This document shows, piece after piece, positions 25,215-37,423 of a DNA stretch of 64,000 nt. The stretch's first letter is position 1, and each line of letters starts with the position of its first letter. The DNA comes from Eledone cirrhosa (Eukaryota). A model generated the notes under the pieces. It did not search any database. It had not been told where the DNA came from and saw only the letters and a list, made by a program, of their open reading frames with translations. A program made the position numbers and the translations under genes. The DNA lies in the NCBI GenBank assembly GCA_964016885.1, contig OZ024740.1:371256001-371320000 (forward strand), given 5' to 3'.

Positions 25215-25954
25215 AAAATGGGTTACTATTTTGACGATTTTCACCAATTTCAAATTCTATATAAAGTGCTAAAATATGTGGAGTGATTATTTTACAATGA
25301 AACACTGTTTTTCTAAAATTACTATATTGTCATGAGTGTTATTTATACATTCCTTTGAAAACACCCAACATATCTTTATAATTTGAACATTTTAATATAT
25401 TGATATCTCCTGCACATACATTCACATGCACATGTGCCGAATATTTTTCTCTGTGACTTAATTATACTCTTTCTTTCAATCTTACTTTTGACTTGTATTT
25501 TCTTGCCCAGCCTCTCCTTATACCATGTTCTCTTAGTCAATTTCTTTCTTTCCCTATCCATTATGTCCCCTTAGTGTTTTTAATGATCTTCATAATGGTT
25601 AAATAAGCAATAAAAAATATCTTAAACCTAAAATATATCTCTATGGAATAAAACGGTAGACTAATAATATATTAAATTTTAATGATTTTCAAGTAATAAT
25701 CTGGCTGATATGAAATATTTTCCCCAGTATACATGGTAATAAAAAAAAATTAAACAGTGTACTATTGAACTAATGAAGAAAAATATTCATTTTTCAAAAT
25801 TACGCCAGTGTTGAATGTTGAAATTTTTAGTTAACTTAGTGAGGGACATGCTGGCATGAGACATGTGTAATTGTAACTATCTACGTGAGGCTTTAATACT
25901 TGTGTGACATTAAATTGTTTTCATGTTTTTTAAGGCATGCATTTCATTTGATGT

Positions 25955-26472
25955 GCATCATCATCATCATCATCATCAACGTTTAATGTCCGTGTTCCAC
26001 GCTTGCATGGGTTTGGACGGGGGGTTTTCCCACTTGAGGCAAGAGTGATTGTCTTGCTCGCATAGGACTGTCTGGCAGGTTTTCTACAGTTGGATGCCCT
26101 TCCTAACACCAACCACATTTACAGTGTGGGTCTGGGAGGTTTTTACCGTGTTGCCTACACGGCCACATTACAGCGTGGACTGTGTGTTTTTTTGTCGTGA
26201 CACCTACACGATCTCATTTGTTTCGGCCTGGATGGTGTGGCACCAACACAACTTTACATAGAAGGGGGCGGTGTGGATGGGGTGGTGGGGCGGGGGTGTA
26301 TTTTGTTAGAGATGCCTACTGACTGTAGTAGGTTTTACTATGTATTTAGGTAAGGCGGGTCTTCTCTATTACTGAGTACCGCCAACGGTCTCGGTCCAGT
26401 GACATTGTCTTGGAGAGGTGTAAGTGTGTGAGGTCGGAGTTTATCAGCTCGTCCCAGGTTTTTCTAGGTCTG
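25955..26472 (-). mobile_element. RTE-A family 3' fragment
   Basis: RPRKTWDELINSDLTHLHLSK plus the 3' UTR and tail. Near-identical in part to 19062-19452 and 31549-31752. Confidence 0.9.
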
Positions 26473-27380
26473 CATAGTAAATAAAAATCTGTTACATTCA
26501 GGAGATGGCATTATTATTATCTGCTAGTAGCTGGAAGTAAACAAAAATTTGAGAAACTTGTCGAAACTTTATAAAATGGATGAAATGGTAAAAATTCATT
26601 ATGTAATGTAGTTGTGAAACAAACTCTACTCAAAACGACACTTTTAAGTAGAAAAATATTAAAACTATAAATATATTCTCCACTTATGAGAACTTCAAAA
26701 CAGTGCCATCTAAACACTGTTAATTAGCTGCTTATGCTTATACATGGGGTTTGGATTTTTGCCCATATCACAGACATAAGATAGATGGGGGAAGGCAGAT
26801 TGGCTTATATTTCTCATTATCAAACTGGATTTTGTAGCATAGCTTTAACAAAAGTTGTTACATAAAATTATGATGGAAGATATTTGAATAACTATAAACA
26901 CTTTAGATTACTATAAACAGTTTTGTATTGTAAAGCCAAGGGTGGTTTCAGGCAGTTTGGTATCAAAAGAGTTAATACTTTAAGAAACTGTGATAGGCTC
27001 CAGTACTCTGTGACACCTGATCTTGGCAATGGTAAATAAAAAAAATTGAAAAAAAATATTTCTATAAATTTTTTATTTTCATTTTAAATAAATTTACTTT
27101 CAATTCTATGCAAATTTCCTTGAGGGGATGTCGAAATATTTATCTATATTCGTTAAAAAATGATATGTTAAAATCATTTTCTCAAATAAATACTTGTTTT
27201 TATATTTTATTGAAATATTAATCCAAAGTAAATCAAACTGACAGATATTTTTGCCCTGACTGACTTTAACATTGCTTTTTATTCTATAGTACTGTCCTTT
27301 CAACTTTTATCATACATATTTTACTCTAGAATTTCAAATCAGTAATTTTCAATTTCTGCTTTTTCTTTCCTCCCCATAGT

Positions 27381-27425
<45 letters not shown>

Positions 27426-27605
27426 GATATATATATATATATATTATGATATCTATATATATATATATATATATACATATATATATTATAATATATATAT
27501 ATATATATATATTATAATATATATATATATATTAATTTATATACATATATATATTAAATCATATAACATATATATGTATATGAATTATAATATATATATA
27601 TATAT

Positions 27606-30600
27606 ATCATCATCATCGTTTAACGTCCATCTTTCATGCTTGCATGGGTTTGGACGGGAGTTTTCCCACTTGAGGCAAGATTTGTTGTTCTGCTCGTATA
27701 GGACTGTCTGGCGGGTTTTCTACGGCTGGATGCCCTTCCTAACACCAACCACGTTTACAGTGTGGACTGGGAGGTTTTTACCGTGTTACCTACATGCCAC
27801 ATTACAGCGTGGACTGTGTGTTTTTTTTGTCGTGAGACCTACACGACCTCATTTGTTTCGGACTGGATGTTGTGGTACCAACATAACTTCACATTGAAGG
27901 GGGTGGTGTGGATGGGGTGGGGGTAGTGGGACAGGGGTGTATTTTTGTTAGAAGTGCCTACTGACTGTAGGTTTCGCTTTGTACTTAGGCAAGGCGGGTC
28001 TTCTGTATTACTGTGTAGCGCCAAAGATCTCGGTCCAGTGACATTGTCTTGGAGAGGTGTAAGTGTGTGAGGTCGGAATTTATCAAGTCGTCCCAGGTTT
28101 TTCTGGGTCTGCCTACTCCGTGGCTACCGTCTATTTTTATACAGCTGTCATCTTTCATGCGCATCACGTGACCGTACCAACATAGTCTTCTCTTGAGTAA
28201 ACAACATCTGATCCCTCTTATTCCTAATTTCTCACTTAGTTCGTTTATGCTTTGCCGTTCATGTATATTACTGTTAGACATCCAGCGGAGCATGCAAGCT
28301 TCGTTCCTCTCCAGTCTGCGTATATCCTCTGCACACAATGCCCAGTTCTCACTGCCATGTAACATTGCTGTTCGTATGCAGGCATCATTTTTCATTTTTA
28401 GAGAGAACCCTTTAGCGGCCAATAGTGGTATAAGCTCTCTGAACTTTTTCCATCCCGTTCTGACTCTGGCTACTGTACTTTCAGAGCACCCTCCTCCACT
28501 GCTGATTTTGTCACCCAGGTAACGGAAGGTGTCCACTATTTCTATAGAACCATCTGTGCAATGGAATGAGCTAGTATTCTGTGGGCACTTGCTGCTACTT
28601 ATTGCACCAGAGGACCGGCCACATATAAAATCTATATTCTTAGTTAGCTTACCTGTGATCCCACTACATCTTTTATGCACCCATACTTTGTATTTGGGAC
28701 TTAAAATGGAGTTTCTGCCTACTCCTTTCCTTCACACTGAGCATGGCCATTTCCCAGATGGGACTGGTGCCCTATTTTCCTTCCTACAAACTAGAACTTT
28801 AGTCTTAGACAAGTTAACTTTAAGGCCTTTTGATTCTAGGCCATGCTTCCATATTTGGAATTTCTTCTCTAGTTCAGCCATTGATTCAGCTATGAGCGTT
28901 AGATCATCTGCATATAGGAGTTCCCATGGGCAGCCGGTCTTGAACTCCTCTGTTATAGCCTGAAGGGCAATAATAAATAGTAGGGGGCTAAGAACGGAGC
29001 CCTGATGAACACCAACTTTTACGCTAAACTCTTCACTATATTCGTTGTTAATTCTAACCTTGCTGACTGTTTCTTTATACATGGCTTGTATAGCTCTCAC
29101 AAGCCATTCATCAACACCTAGTTTTCTAAGAGCCCACCAGATAATGGAGTGGGGGACTCTGTCAAAGGCTTTCTCCAAGTCAACAAAAGCTAAGTATAGG
29201 GGTTTTCTTTTAGCTAGGTACTTCTCCTGTAGTTGTCGTCAATGAAAAGAGCGTCTGTGGTACTTTTACCTGACACAAACCCGAACTGCATTTCATCTAG
29301 ATCAATTCGTTCTCTGATTAGTTGCGCTATTACTTTTTCTGTGACCTTCATGACCTGGTCGATTAATTTAATGCCTCTATAGTTACCCCTATCTAGAGCA
29401 TCTCCTTTACCCTTGTAGCAGTTAATGATGATGCTGCTACGCCAGTCCTTCGGAACGGCCCCATTCTGTATGACTTGGTTTACTATTCGGGTGACCATAG
29501 TGTGTCCCACCGTTCCAGATGCTTTCAGCATTTCAGCAACTATTTCTGAAGGCCCAGCCGCCTTACCCGTCTTCATATCTTTGATTGCCTTACTTATTAT
29601 ACTACCTTCAACTAGCACTGCTGGTCCCTCTATTGGATCGATGTGGGGGAGACTGTCTTTCTCCCATTTATTCTCCTCATTTAGTAGCCTTTTGTAGTGA
29701 CACTTCCAAGCTACCTTCTCATCAGCGTCAGTGATGGCAAGTACACCATCATCATTAAGGACACACTTCTCCCCAACAATATCACGGTTTTCCTTGACAC
29801 ATTGCCTAGCAATCCTGAACACCTCACGTTTTGGAGCCTTCCTTATTTCTAGTACCAAACCCATAGCCTCCATGGATTCCGTCATAGCCGTCACAACGTT
29901 GTCCAATGTGACCATTTAGGTCGCCAGCAATAATTATGTAGTCACTGTCGGTTATTTGGGAGGTAGTGAGCATCAATGTCTCATAGAATCTGTCTTTTAT
30001 AGCGCTAGGCAGTCCGGATTGGGGTGCATACGCAGATATTACTGTCACAGTAGTTCTATTTAGGACAAGTCTTATTTTAATTATTCTGTCGTTCACTCTA
30101 TTTACGTCTATTATCTTATCTACCCATTTTTCTGCTAACATGATTCCTACCCGACCCAGCCCATTGTCATTTCCCACCCAGAAAAGCTTATAGCATCGTT
30201 TTTTACCCACAATGAATCTAGCAGACCTACCCCTCCACCTGGTCTCTTGGATACAGCAAACATCAACCTCCTTACGTTCAAGCATTTCTACAACCTCGTT
30301 AGAGCGACCTTTTAAGGTGCCTACATTCATGGTACCAACTCTGAAGTTTTGGATTACGTTTGGTGGGTGGGAATGGTGGGGAGGGGTGATGGAGGATGGG
30401 GTTGGGGTTATGTTGGCCATCCGCGGCCAAAACAAAGAGGAGGAGTCCTTGCCTTTTCGTCCGGCAGCATGAGGTGAATTTGTCTTTATATTTGGCATTG
30501 TCACTGAGTGTCCAGATTTTTCAGACTCTCCAGAATTCCTTAGTCCATCCATCATATTGAAAAGCAACCAGGAGAAGTGATAGCATAGGCCGTTGACTTA

Positions 30601-31441
30601 TGATTGGTCCAAATAATAATGGTTCGAGAGTGGGGGGCGGGTGGGAGAGGTATGGGGTAGTTAGCGAGAGGGTTTAAATAAAATCTTCGAATTTTGGGCA
30701 TAATTGGACAAGCATATAACAGTAATACGCGAATAACGGGATTTTAAAATGCAAGAAGATTATTTAGAACAACCAGACAGAATTATAGAATAGCATCGAG
30801 AAAGAGCAAAAGATTGGATTCTGGGCGATGATACGGATATATGAATGAATGGACCGAGAGGCTGGAGAGACAAGAAAAAATGTCATTTTACATTACATTT
30901 CGCAGGAGAGCGAGCAGGTCTGACCATTAATAAGCCTTGACAAATTCTGAGATTCGTACCTCGTAACAGGTTTATTTATATTTGGTGAGAGAAGGGAGTG
31001 ATTGAAAGGGTGAACCAGCAGGCGCGTATACGATATGGGGGGGGGGGGGGGTTAAAGATTAAGAGGGACAAGGAGGCCATTTTATAAATCCTTGAATTTT
31101 CGGCCAAAATTAAACAAACGAGATTGTTATTTTAGAAAAACAAATGGGGCATTTTACGAGAGGGTTTAAATAAAATCTTCGAATTTTGGGCATAATTGGA
31201 CAAGCATATAACAGTAATAAGCAAATAATGGGATTTTAAAATACAAGAAGATTATTTAGAACAACCAGACAGAATTATAGAATAGCATTGAGAAAGAGCA
31301 AAAGATTGGATTCTGGGCGATGATACGGATATATGAATGAATGGACCGAGAGGCTGGAGAGACAAGAAAAAATGGCATTTTACATTACATTTCGCAGGAG
31401 AGCGAGCAGGTCTGACCATTAATAAGCGTTGACAAATTCTG

Positions 31442-31442
<1 letters not shown>
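27606..31442 (-). mobile_element. Near-full-length RTE-clade LINE (RTE-A), disabled
   Basis: APE endonuclease (VGTMNVGTL, CIQETRW, ISAYAPQ, IIAGDLNGH; 29824-30567), RT (KAFDRVP, GVHQGSVLSPLLF, LLYADD; 28732-29915) and C-terminus (27985-28680). It has a (GAT)n tail in (TA)n, frameshifts, and a ~650-bp internal deletion relative to RTE-B. Confidence 0.95.
30665..31442 (-). repeat. Tandem duplication at the RTE-A 5' end (30665-30950 and 31157-31442; period 492 bp)
   Basis: Two near-identical ~286-bp blocks are seen directly. Confidence 0.9.
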
Positions 31443-31474
<32 letters not shown>

Positions 31475-31913
31475 ATATATATAGTATGTATGTATACGTA
31501 CATACATATATGTATACAGACGTACAGTAGCATGTATATATATATATATGTGGCCATGTAGGCAACACGGTAAAAACCACCCAGACCCACACTGTAAATA
31601 TGGTTGGTGTTAGGAAGGGCATCCAACTGTAGAAAACCTGCCAGACAGTCCTATGCGAGCAAGACAATCACTCTTGCCTCAAGTGGGACTACCCCCGTCC
31701 AAACCCATGCAAGCGTGGAACACGGACGTTAAACGTTGATGATGATGATGATATATATACATACAGGCACACATATATATATGTACGTATCAGTTTAGTG
31801 AATATTTATTATAACATTCGCTTTGTTCGTTTGTAAACAAACGGACAGCCTGATTTATGCCGTACGGTGTTAAGGCATACCACGTCACCTTTTTGTTCAA
31901 CACTGACACAGGA

Positions 31914-31956
31914 ACGATGTACTAGTTTCAAGCTTGTTAGCTATCGTCAGCACCGT
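31914..31956 (-). ncRNA. Minimal type I hammerhead ribozyme (copy 1)
   Basis: ACGGUG-CUGACGA-U-AGCU-aaca-AGCU-U-GAAA-CUAG-UA^-CAUCGU. It shows a 6-bp helix I, the conserved core, helix II, a palindromic helix III (ACUAGU) and a GUA cleavage triplet. Confidence 0.8.
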
Positions 31957-32377
31957 ATACCCTTCTGCCAGATGGTTGAACATTCAAAAGTATATACTTT
32001 CCTTATGAAAATTAACGGCTGAGCAGCCTAATTTGCATATCGAGTGAGTTCAGTCGGCCAGGCGCACCGAAAACGATAAGTTGGAATAGAATGAAACGAA
32101 ATTTCATTTCTCACTCTTAGTACGGCACATACTTAAATGTAAGTATGTATGTATACGTACATACATATATGTATACAGACGTACAGTAGCATGTATATAT
32201 ATATATATATATACATATATATACATACAGGCACACATATATATATGTACGTATCAGTTTAGCGAATATTTATTATAACATTCGCTTTGTTCGTTTGTAA
32301 ACAAACGGACAGCCTGATTTATGCCGTATGGTGTTAAGGCATACCACGTCACCTTTTTGTTCAACACTGACACAGGA

Positions 32378-32420
32378 ACGATGTACTAGTTTCAAGCTTG
32401 TTAGCTATCGTCAGCACCGT
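32378..32420 (-). ncRNA. Minimal type I hammerhead ribozyme (copy 2)
   Basis: Identical to copy 1 and 464 nt away from it. Confidence 0.8.
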
Positions 32421-32869
32421 ATACCCTTCTGCCAGATGGTTGAACGTTCGAAAGTATATACTTTCCTTATGAAAATTAACGGCTGAGCAGCCTAATTTGC
32501 ATATCGAGTGAGTTCAGTCGGCCAGGCGCACCGAAAACGATAAGTTGGAATAGAATGAAACGAAATTTCATTTCTCACTCTTAGTACGGCACTTACTTAA
32601 ATGTAAGTATGTATGTATACGTACATACATATATGTATACAGACGTACAGTAGCATGTATATATATATATATACATATATATACATACAGGCACACATAT
32701 ATATATGTACGTATCAGTTTAGCGAATATTTATTATAACATTCGCTTTGTTCGTTTGTAAACAAACGGACAGCCTGATTTATGCCGTACGGTGTTAAGGC
32801 AACCACGTCACCTTTAAGTAAGTGCCGTACTAAGAGTGAGAAATGAAATTTCGTTTCATTCTATTCCAG

Positions 32870-32914
<45 letters not shown>

Positions 32915-32915
32915 T

Positions 32916-32962
<47 letters not shown>

Positions 32963-33352
32963 ATATATATATACATCATCATCATCATCATCATCGTTTA
33001 ACGTCCATTTTCCATGCTAGCATGGGTCTGGACGGGAATTGTCCCACTTGAGGCAAGATTGGTTGTCTTGCTCTGGTGGGTTTTCTACGGCTGGATGCCC
33101 TTCCTAACACCAACCACGTTTACAGTGTGGACTGGGAGGTTTTAACACGGTCACATTATATATATATATATATATCATCATCATCATCATCATCATCATC
33201 ATTTTACGTCCGCTTTTCCCTGCTTGCAAGGGTGGGACGGACATTGATTCTGGCTTGATTTCTACAGCTGGATGCCCTTCCTAACACCAACCTCATTTAC
33301 AGTGAGTGCTGGGTGCTTTTTTGCCGTGGCACCTCCACGACCACTTTGCAGA

Positions 33353-33395
<43 letters not shown>

Positions 33396-33397
<2 letters not shown>

Positions 33398-36300
33398 TCT
33401 TCTTGAAGTTCTTGAAGAGATAAGATACACTTGACTCTGAAAGGCTAAAATGAATCACTAGAGCTGCTTAACCACGTTCCAGCCATCCATCCATACAAAT
33501 CTTTCAGGTATCCCTCTATTTCCCCAATTGCAAATGTTCTGCTCACAATTATTGCTGTATTTATCACTTCGCTAGCTTCCACAACACATTTATTTTTTTA
33601 CCCTCATTTTCTCTACCATGCTGCCTCTCTATCTGTCTTTTTTGCCATCAGACTTGGCTACCTTCCTCACAATTTCCCTCCCACCCACCCCCTCACACCA
33701 CCATAGCCTATTCGACTAATCAAACCTCAGCATGCCCTCCCCCACTACCAACCCCAACAAACCCTGCCATTTCTACTACTACCTAACTCTCTCCTCCCCC
33801 GTCCCAGCCCAACACACCCTGCCATTATTACCACCACCACTGTTCTTCTAGCCCTGAATTTTCCTACCGTTATGTATGGATGAGCTGAGAATAAATTGGA
33901 GCAACTCTGAATTAATAGATGAAAATGAATATGAATCCGCGAGCTACCAAGCACCCATGTGAAGCTCCAATTCAGAGACAGGAAGCACACACACACCCCT
34001 GAAAAAAATCAACCCTTCCCTACGAATGTCGACAAATGCCCAAAACTCCGAGTTGGTACCATCAATGTAAGCACAATGAAAGGAAGAGCAGGAGAAATTG
34101 TAGAGATGCTAGAGCGAAAGGAAATTGATGTATGCTGTGTGCAAGAGACTAGATGGAGAAGAGAGTCTGCTAGAGTTCTTGTAGGAAAAAGTCAGTGCTA
34201 CAAATTTTTCTGGGTGGGAAATGACGATGGGATGGGTGGTGTAGGTATACTACTAGCTGACAAGTGGGTAGATAAAGTAATCTCAGTGTACAGGGTAAAT
34301 GCAAGAATCATTAAACTCAGACTAGTCCTGAATAAAACAATTACCACAATAATATCAGCTTACGCACCCCAATCGGGGTTGCCAGACGAACTTAAGGATA
34401 GGTTTTACGAGTCCCTAATGCACACTACTGCTCTAACAAACGACAATGACTTCCTAATCATCGCAGGAGATTTTAACGGACACGTAGGAAAACACTGTGA
34501 CGGCTTCAATAGAGTCCATGGAGGCCATGGGGTTGGCACAAGAAATGAAGAAGGAATCAGACTTCTAGAATTCTGCAACGCCAATGACATGTTGATATGT
34601 AACACAAACTTCAAAAAACCTGACAACCACCTGATCACTTATAGATCAGGGGAGCATTCTAGTCAGATAGATTTTATCCTCATCAGAGGACATGACAGAT
34701 GGACAGTCGTAAACACAAAAGCCTTCCCTAGTGAGGAATGTACCTCCCAACATAGCTTAGTTGTCAGCGACTTCACGGTCAGAACTAGACGAACCTGGAA
34801 ACAGAGGCCAACCTGGAGAAGAAAGATCTGGAAGCTGAAAAACCCCTCAGCCAGTAACAGATTTAAAGATATTTTACTCAACGCCTACGACAGTAAAGAA
34901 GAACAGATAGAGACATTCAATGTAGAAGAGCACTGGGAGTTCTTAAAAAATAACTTACTAGAGGCGATGGATGAGATCTGTGGCTGGAGTAAGACCACAA
35001 GCAGGAGGAGAGTGACTTGGTGGTGGAACAATAAGGTAGACGAGGCAGTTAAGGCCAAGAGACAGGCATGGAAAGAATGGAAGAACGGGGGAAGAAGGGT
35101 ACATTACATAGAGACCAAGAGGGAAGCTAGGCGTCAAGTATACTTAGCTAGGAGGGAAGCAGAGGATAGAAAATTCAAGCATGTTTTGCAACGTGAGGAC
35201 AAGAAACAGGAGGTGTTCAAGATTGCGAGGCAGTGTGTCAGAGCGAATTGTGATGTCATTGGAGAGAAGTGTATCCGGAATGATAAAGGTGAACTTGCCC
35301 TCACAAGTGTTGAGAAGAAAGATGCATGGAAGAGCCATTATGATAGATTACTAAATGAGGAGAATGCATGGGAAGAAGAGACCCTACCCAAGTAGACCCT
35401 ATAAAGGGGCCAGCAGTACAAGTCAGCAGCAGTGTAGTAAGTAAAGCAATCAAAGATATGAAGATGGGGAAGGCAACCGGTCCATCGGGTATAGCTGCCG
35501 AGATGCTGAAGGCATCTGGGTCTGTAGGTCACACTATAACCACACGTATTGTTAACCAGGTAATACTAGAAGGTGTCATACCAAAAGATTGGTGCAGTAG
35601 CATCATTGTCAACTGCTACAAAGGTAAAAGTGATGCACTAGATAGAGGAAACTATAGAGGTATAAAGCTGATGGACCAGGTCATGAAAGTAACAGAAAGA
35701 GTTATAGCACAGTTGATTAGGGACCGGGTGGAACTAGATGAGATGCAACTTGGGTTTGTACCAGGAAGAGGCACCACTGATGCCCTCTTCCTTGTGAGGT
35801 AGTTACAGGAAAAGTACCTAGCTAAAAGTAAGCCACTCTACCTGGCATTCTTCGATCTCGAGAAAGCCTTTGACAGAGTTCCACGTGCTATAATCTGGTG
35901 GGCTCTTAGAAAACTAGGAGTAGATGAATGGTTTGTGAAAGCTGTACAAGCTATGTATAGGGGGAGCAGTCAGCAAAGTTAGAATTAGCAATGAGTATAG
36001 CGAGGAATTTAGCATACAGGTTGGTGTCCACCAGGGCTCTGTTCTTAGCCCTCTCCTGTTCATCATAGTCCTGCAGGCAATAACGGAGGAATTTAAGACC
36101 GGATGCCCACGGGAACTCCTGTATGCTGATGACCTCGCACTTATAGCTGAATCTATGGAAGAACTAGAGAAGAAATTCCAAACTTGGAAGCAGGGACTAG
36201 AAAGAAAGAGTCTCAAAGTCAACATGACAAAGACTAAGGTCCTTGTAAGTAGACGAGAAAACAGAACCCAGATCCCCTCAGGGAAATGGCCTTGTTCAGT

Positions 36301-37383
36301 ATGTAGGAAAGGTGTAGGTAGGAACTCCATTCTCTGCCCCAAATGCAAATAATGGGTACACAAGAGATGTAGCGGGATCTCAGGAAGCATAATTAAGAAT
36401 GTAGGCTTCACATGTAGAAGCTGTGCTGGGACAGCAAGCAGCAAACAGCCACAGGAAACAAGTACCACCAATCTCTGGGAGGGCTCTGTAGAAACAGTAG
36501 ACAGCTTCTTCCTAGGTAACCGAATTAGCAGCAGAGGTGGGTGTTCAGAAAGTACAATAACTAGGGTAAGAACGGGATGGAAGAAGTTCAGGGAGCTACT
36601 GCCACTGCTAGCTGCAAAAGACTTCTCCCTCAAAATGAAAGGCAGACTGTATGATGCGTGTATCTGAACAGCAATGTTACATGGTAGTGAGACCTGCGCG
36701 CTGAAGGTGGAAGACTTATGTAGATTAGAAAGAAACGAAGCCTGCATGCTCCGATGGATGTGTAATAGTAATATATGCGAACGGCCAAACCTTAAATGAA
36801 TTGAGAAAGAGACTGAGCATAAGAGGAATCAAATGCTGTGTGCAGGAGAGGCAGTTGCGTTGGTATGGACATGTGATGCGTATGAAGGATGACAGCTGCA
36901 TAAAAAGGTGCAGAGCACTAGAAGTCAATGGAAACCGCGGAGTGGGGAGACCCAAGAAGACCTGGGATGAGGTGATAAAAGCCGACCTTACCCAATTACA
37001 CCTCTCAAAGCGATGATACACGACCGTGACCTCTGGCGTCACGCAGTAATACAGAGTACCCGACCTCCCATGGGTACAAGCTGAAGCATATAAACAATAT
37101 GCCCCCACACCCTCTCACTGCAAAGTGGTCGTGGAGGTGCCACGGCAAAAAGCACCCAGCCCACACTGTAAAGTGGATGTGTAGGCGCCACGGAAAAAAG
37201 CACCCAGCACTCACTGTAAATGAGGTTGGTGTTAGGAAGGGCATCCAGCTGTAGAAATCAAGCCAAAATCAGTTCCTGTATGAGCAAGGCATGGTCAGCC
37301 GACCAGACACTGCCCACAACCCGTCTAACCCATGCTAGCATGGAAGAACGGACGTAAAACGGTGATGATGATGATGATGATGA

Positions 37384-37387
<4 letters not shown>
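33396..37387 (+). mobile_element. Near-full-length RTE-clade LINE (RTE-B), disabled
   Basis: 478-aa APE endonuclease ORF (33959-35395: VGTINVSTM, CVQETRW, AGDFNGH, QIDFIL, SQH), RT fragments (KAFDRVP, HQGSVLSPLLF, LYADD), C-terminal WYGHV/GRPKKTW, a 3' UTR and a (GAT)n tail. It has several stops and frameshifts. Confidence 0.95.

Positions 37388-37423
<36 letters not shown>

Larger units (their letters stand above)
31484..32874 (-). mobile_element. Tandem ~460-464-bp retrozyme/Penelope-LTR-like array (~3 units) with a terminal inversion
   Basis: ATACAGGCACAC recurs at 31761, 32225 and 32685, and the units are near-identical. 32813-32874 is the reverse complement of part of the monomer. An RTE tail (31549-31752) is inserted in an internal (TA)n. 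Confidence 0.8.

Noticed and set aside
26502-26587. Exon between CAG|G and G|GTAAAA
   Set aside because: All three frames contain stop codons.
30410-30480. HDV-like ribozyme near the RTE-A 5' coding start
   Set aside because: It has a UUGGCC/GGCCAA hairpin and CUCCUC, but P1/P1.1/P2 could not be assembled.
33959-37016. Intact, autonomous RTE
   Set aside because: It has frameshifts (~35390, ~35960) and in-frame stops (~35800, ~36350, ~36665), unless these are assembly errors.
37110-37260. Repeated CACTGTAAA..TGG motifs resembling a repeat-spacer array
   Set aside because: They are internal repeats of the RTE 3' UTR, present in every tail copy.
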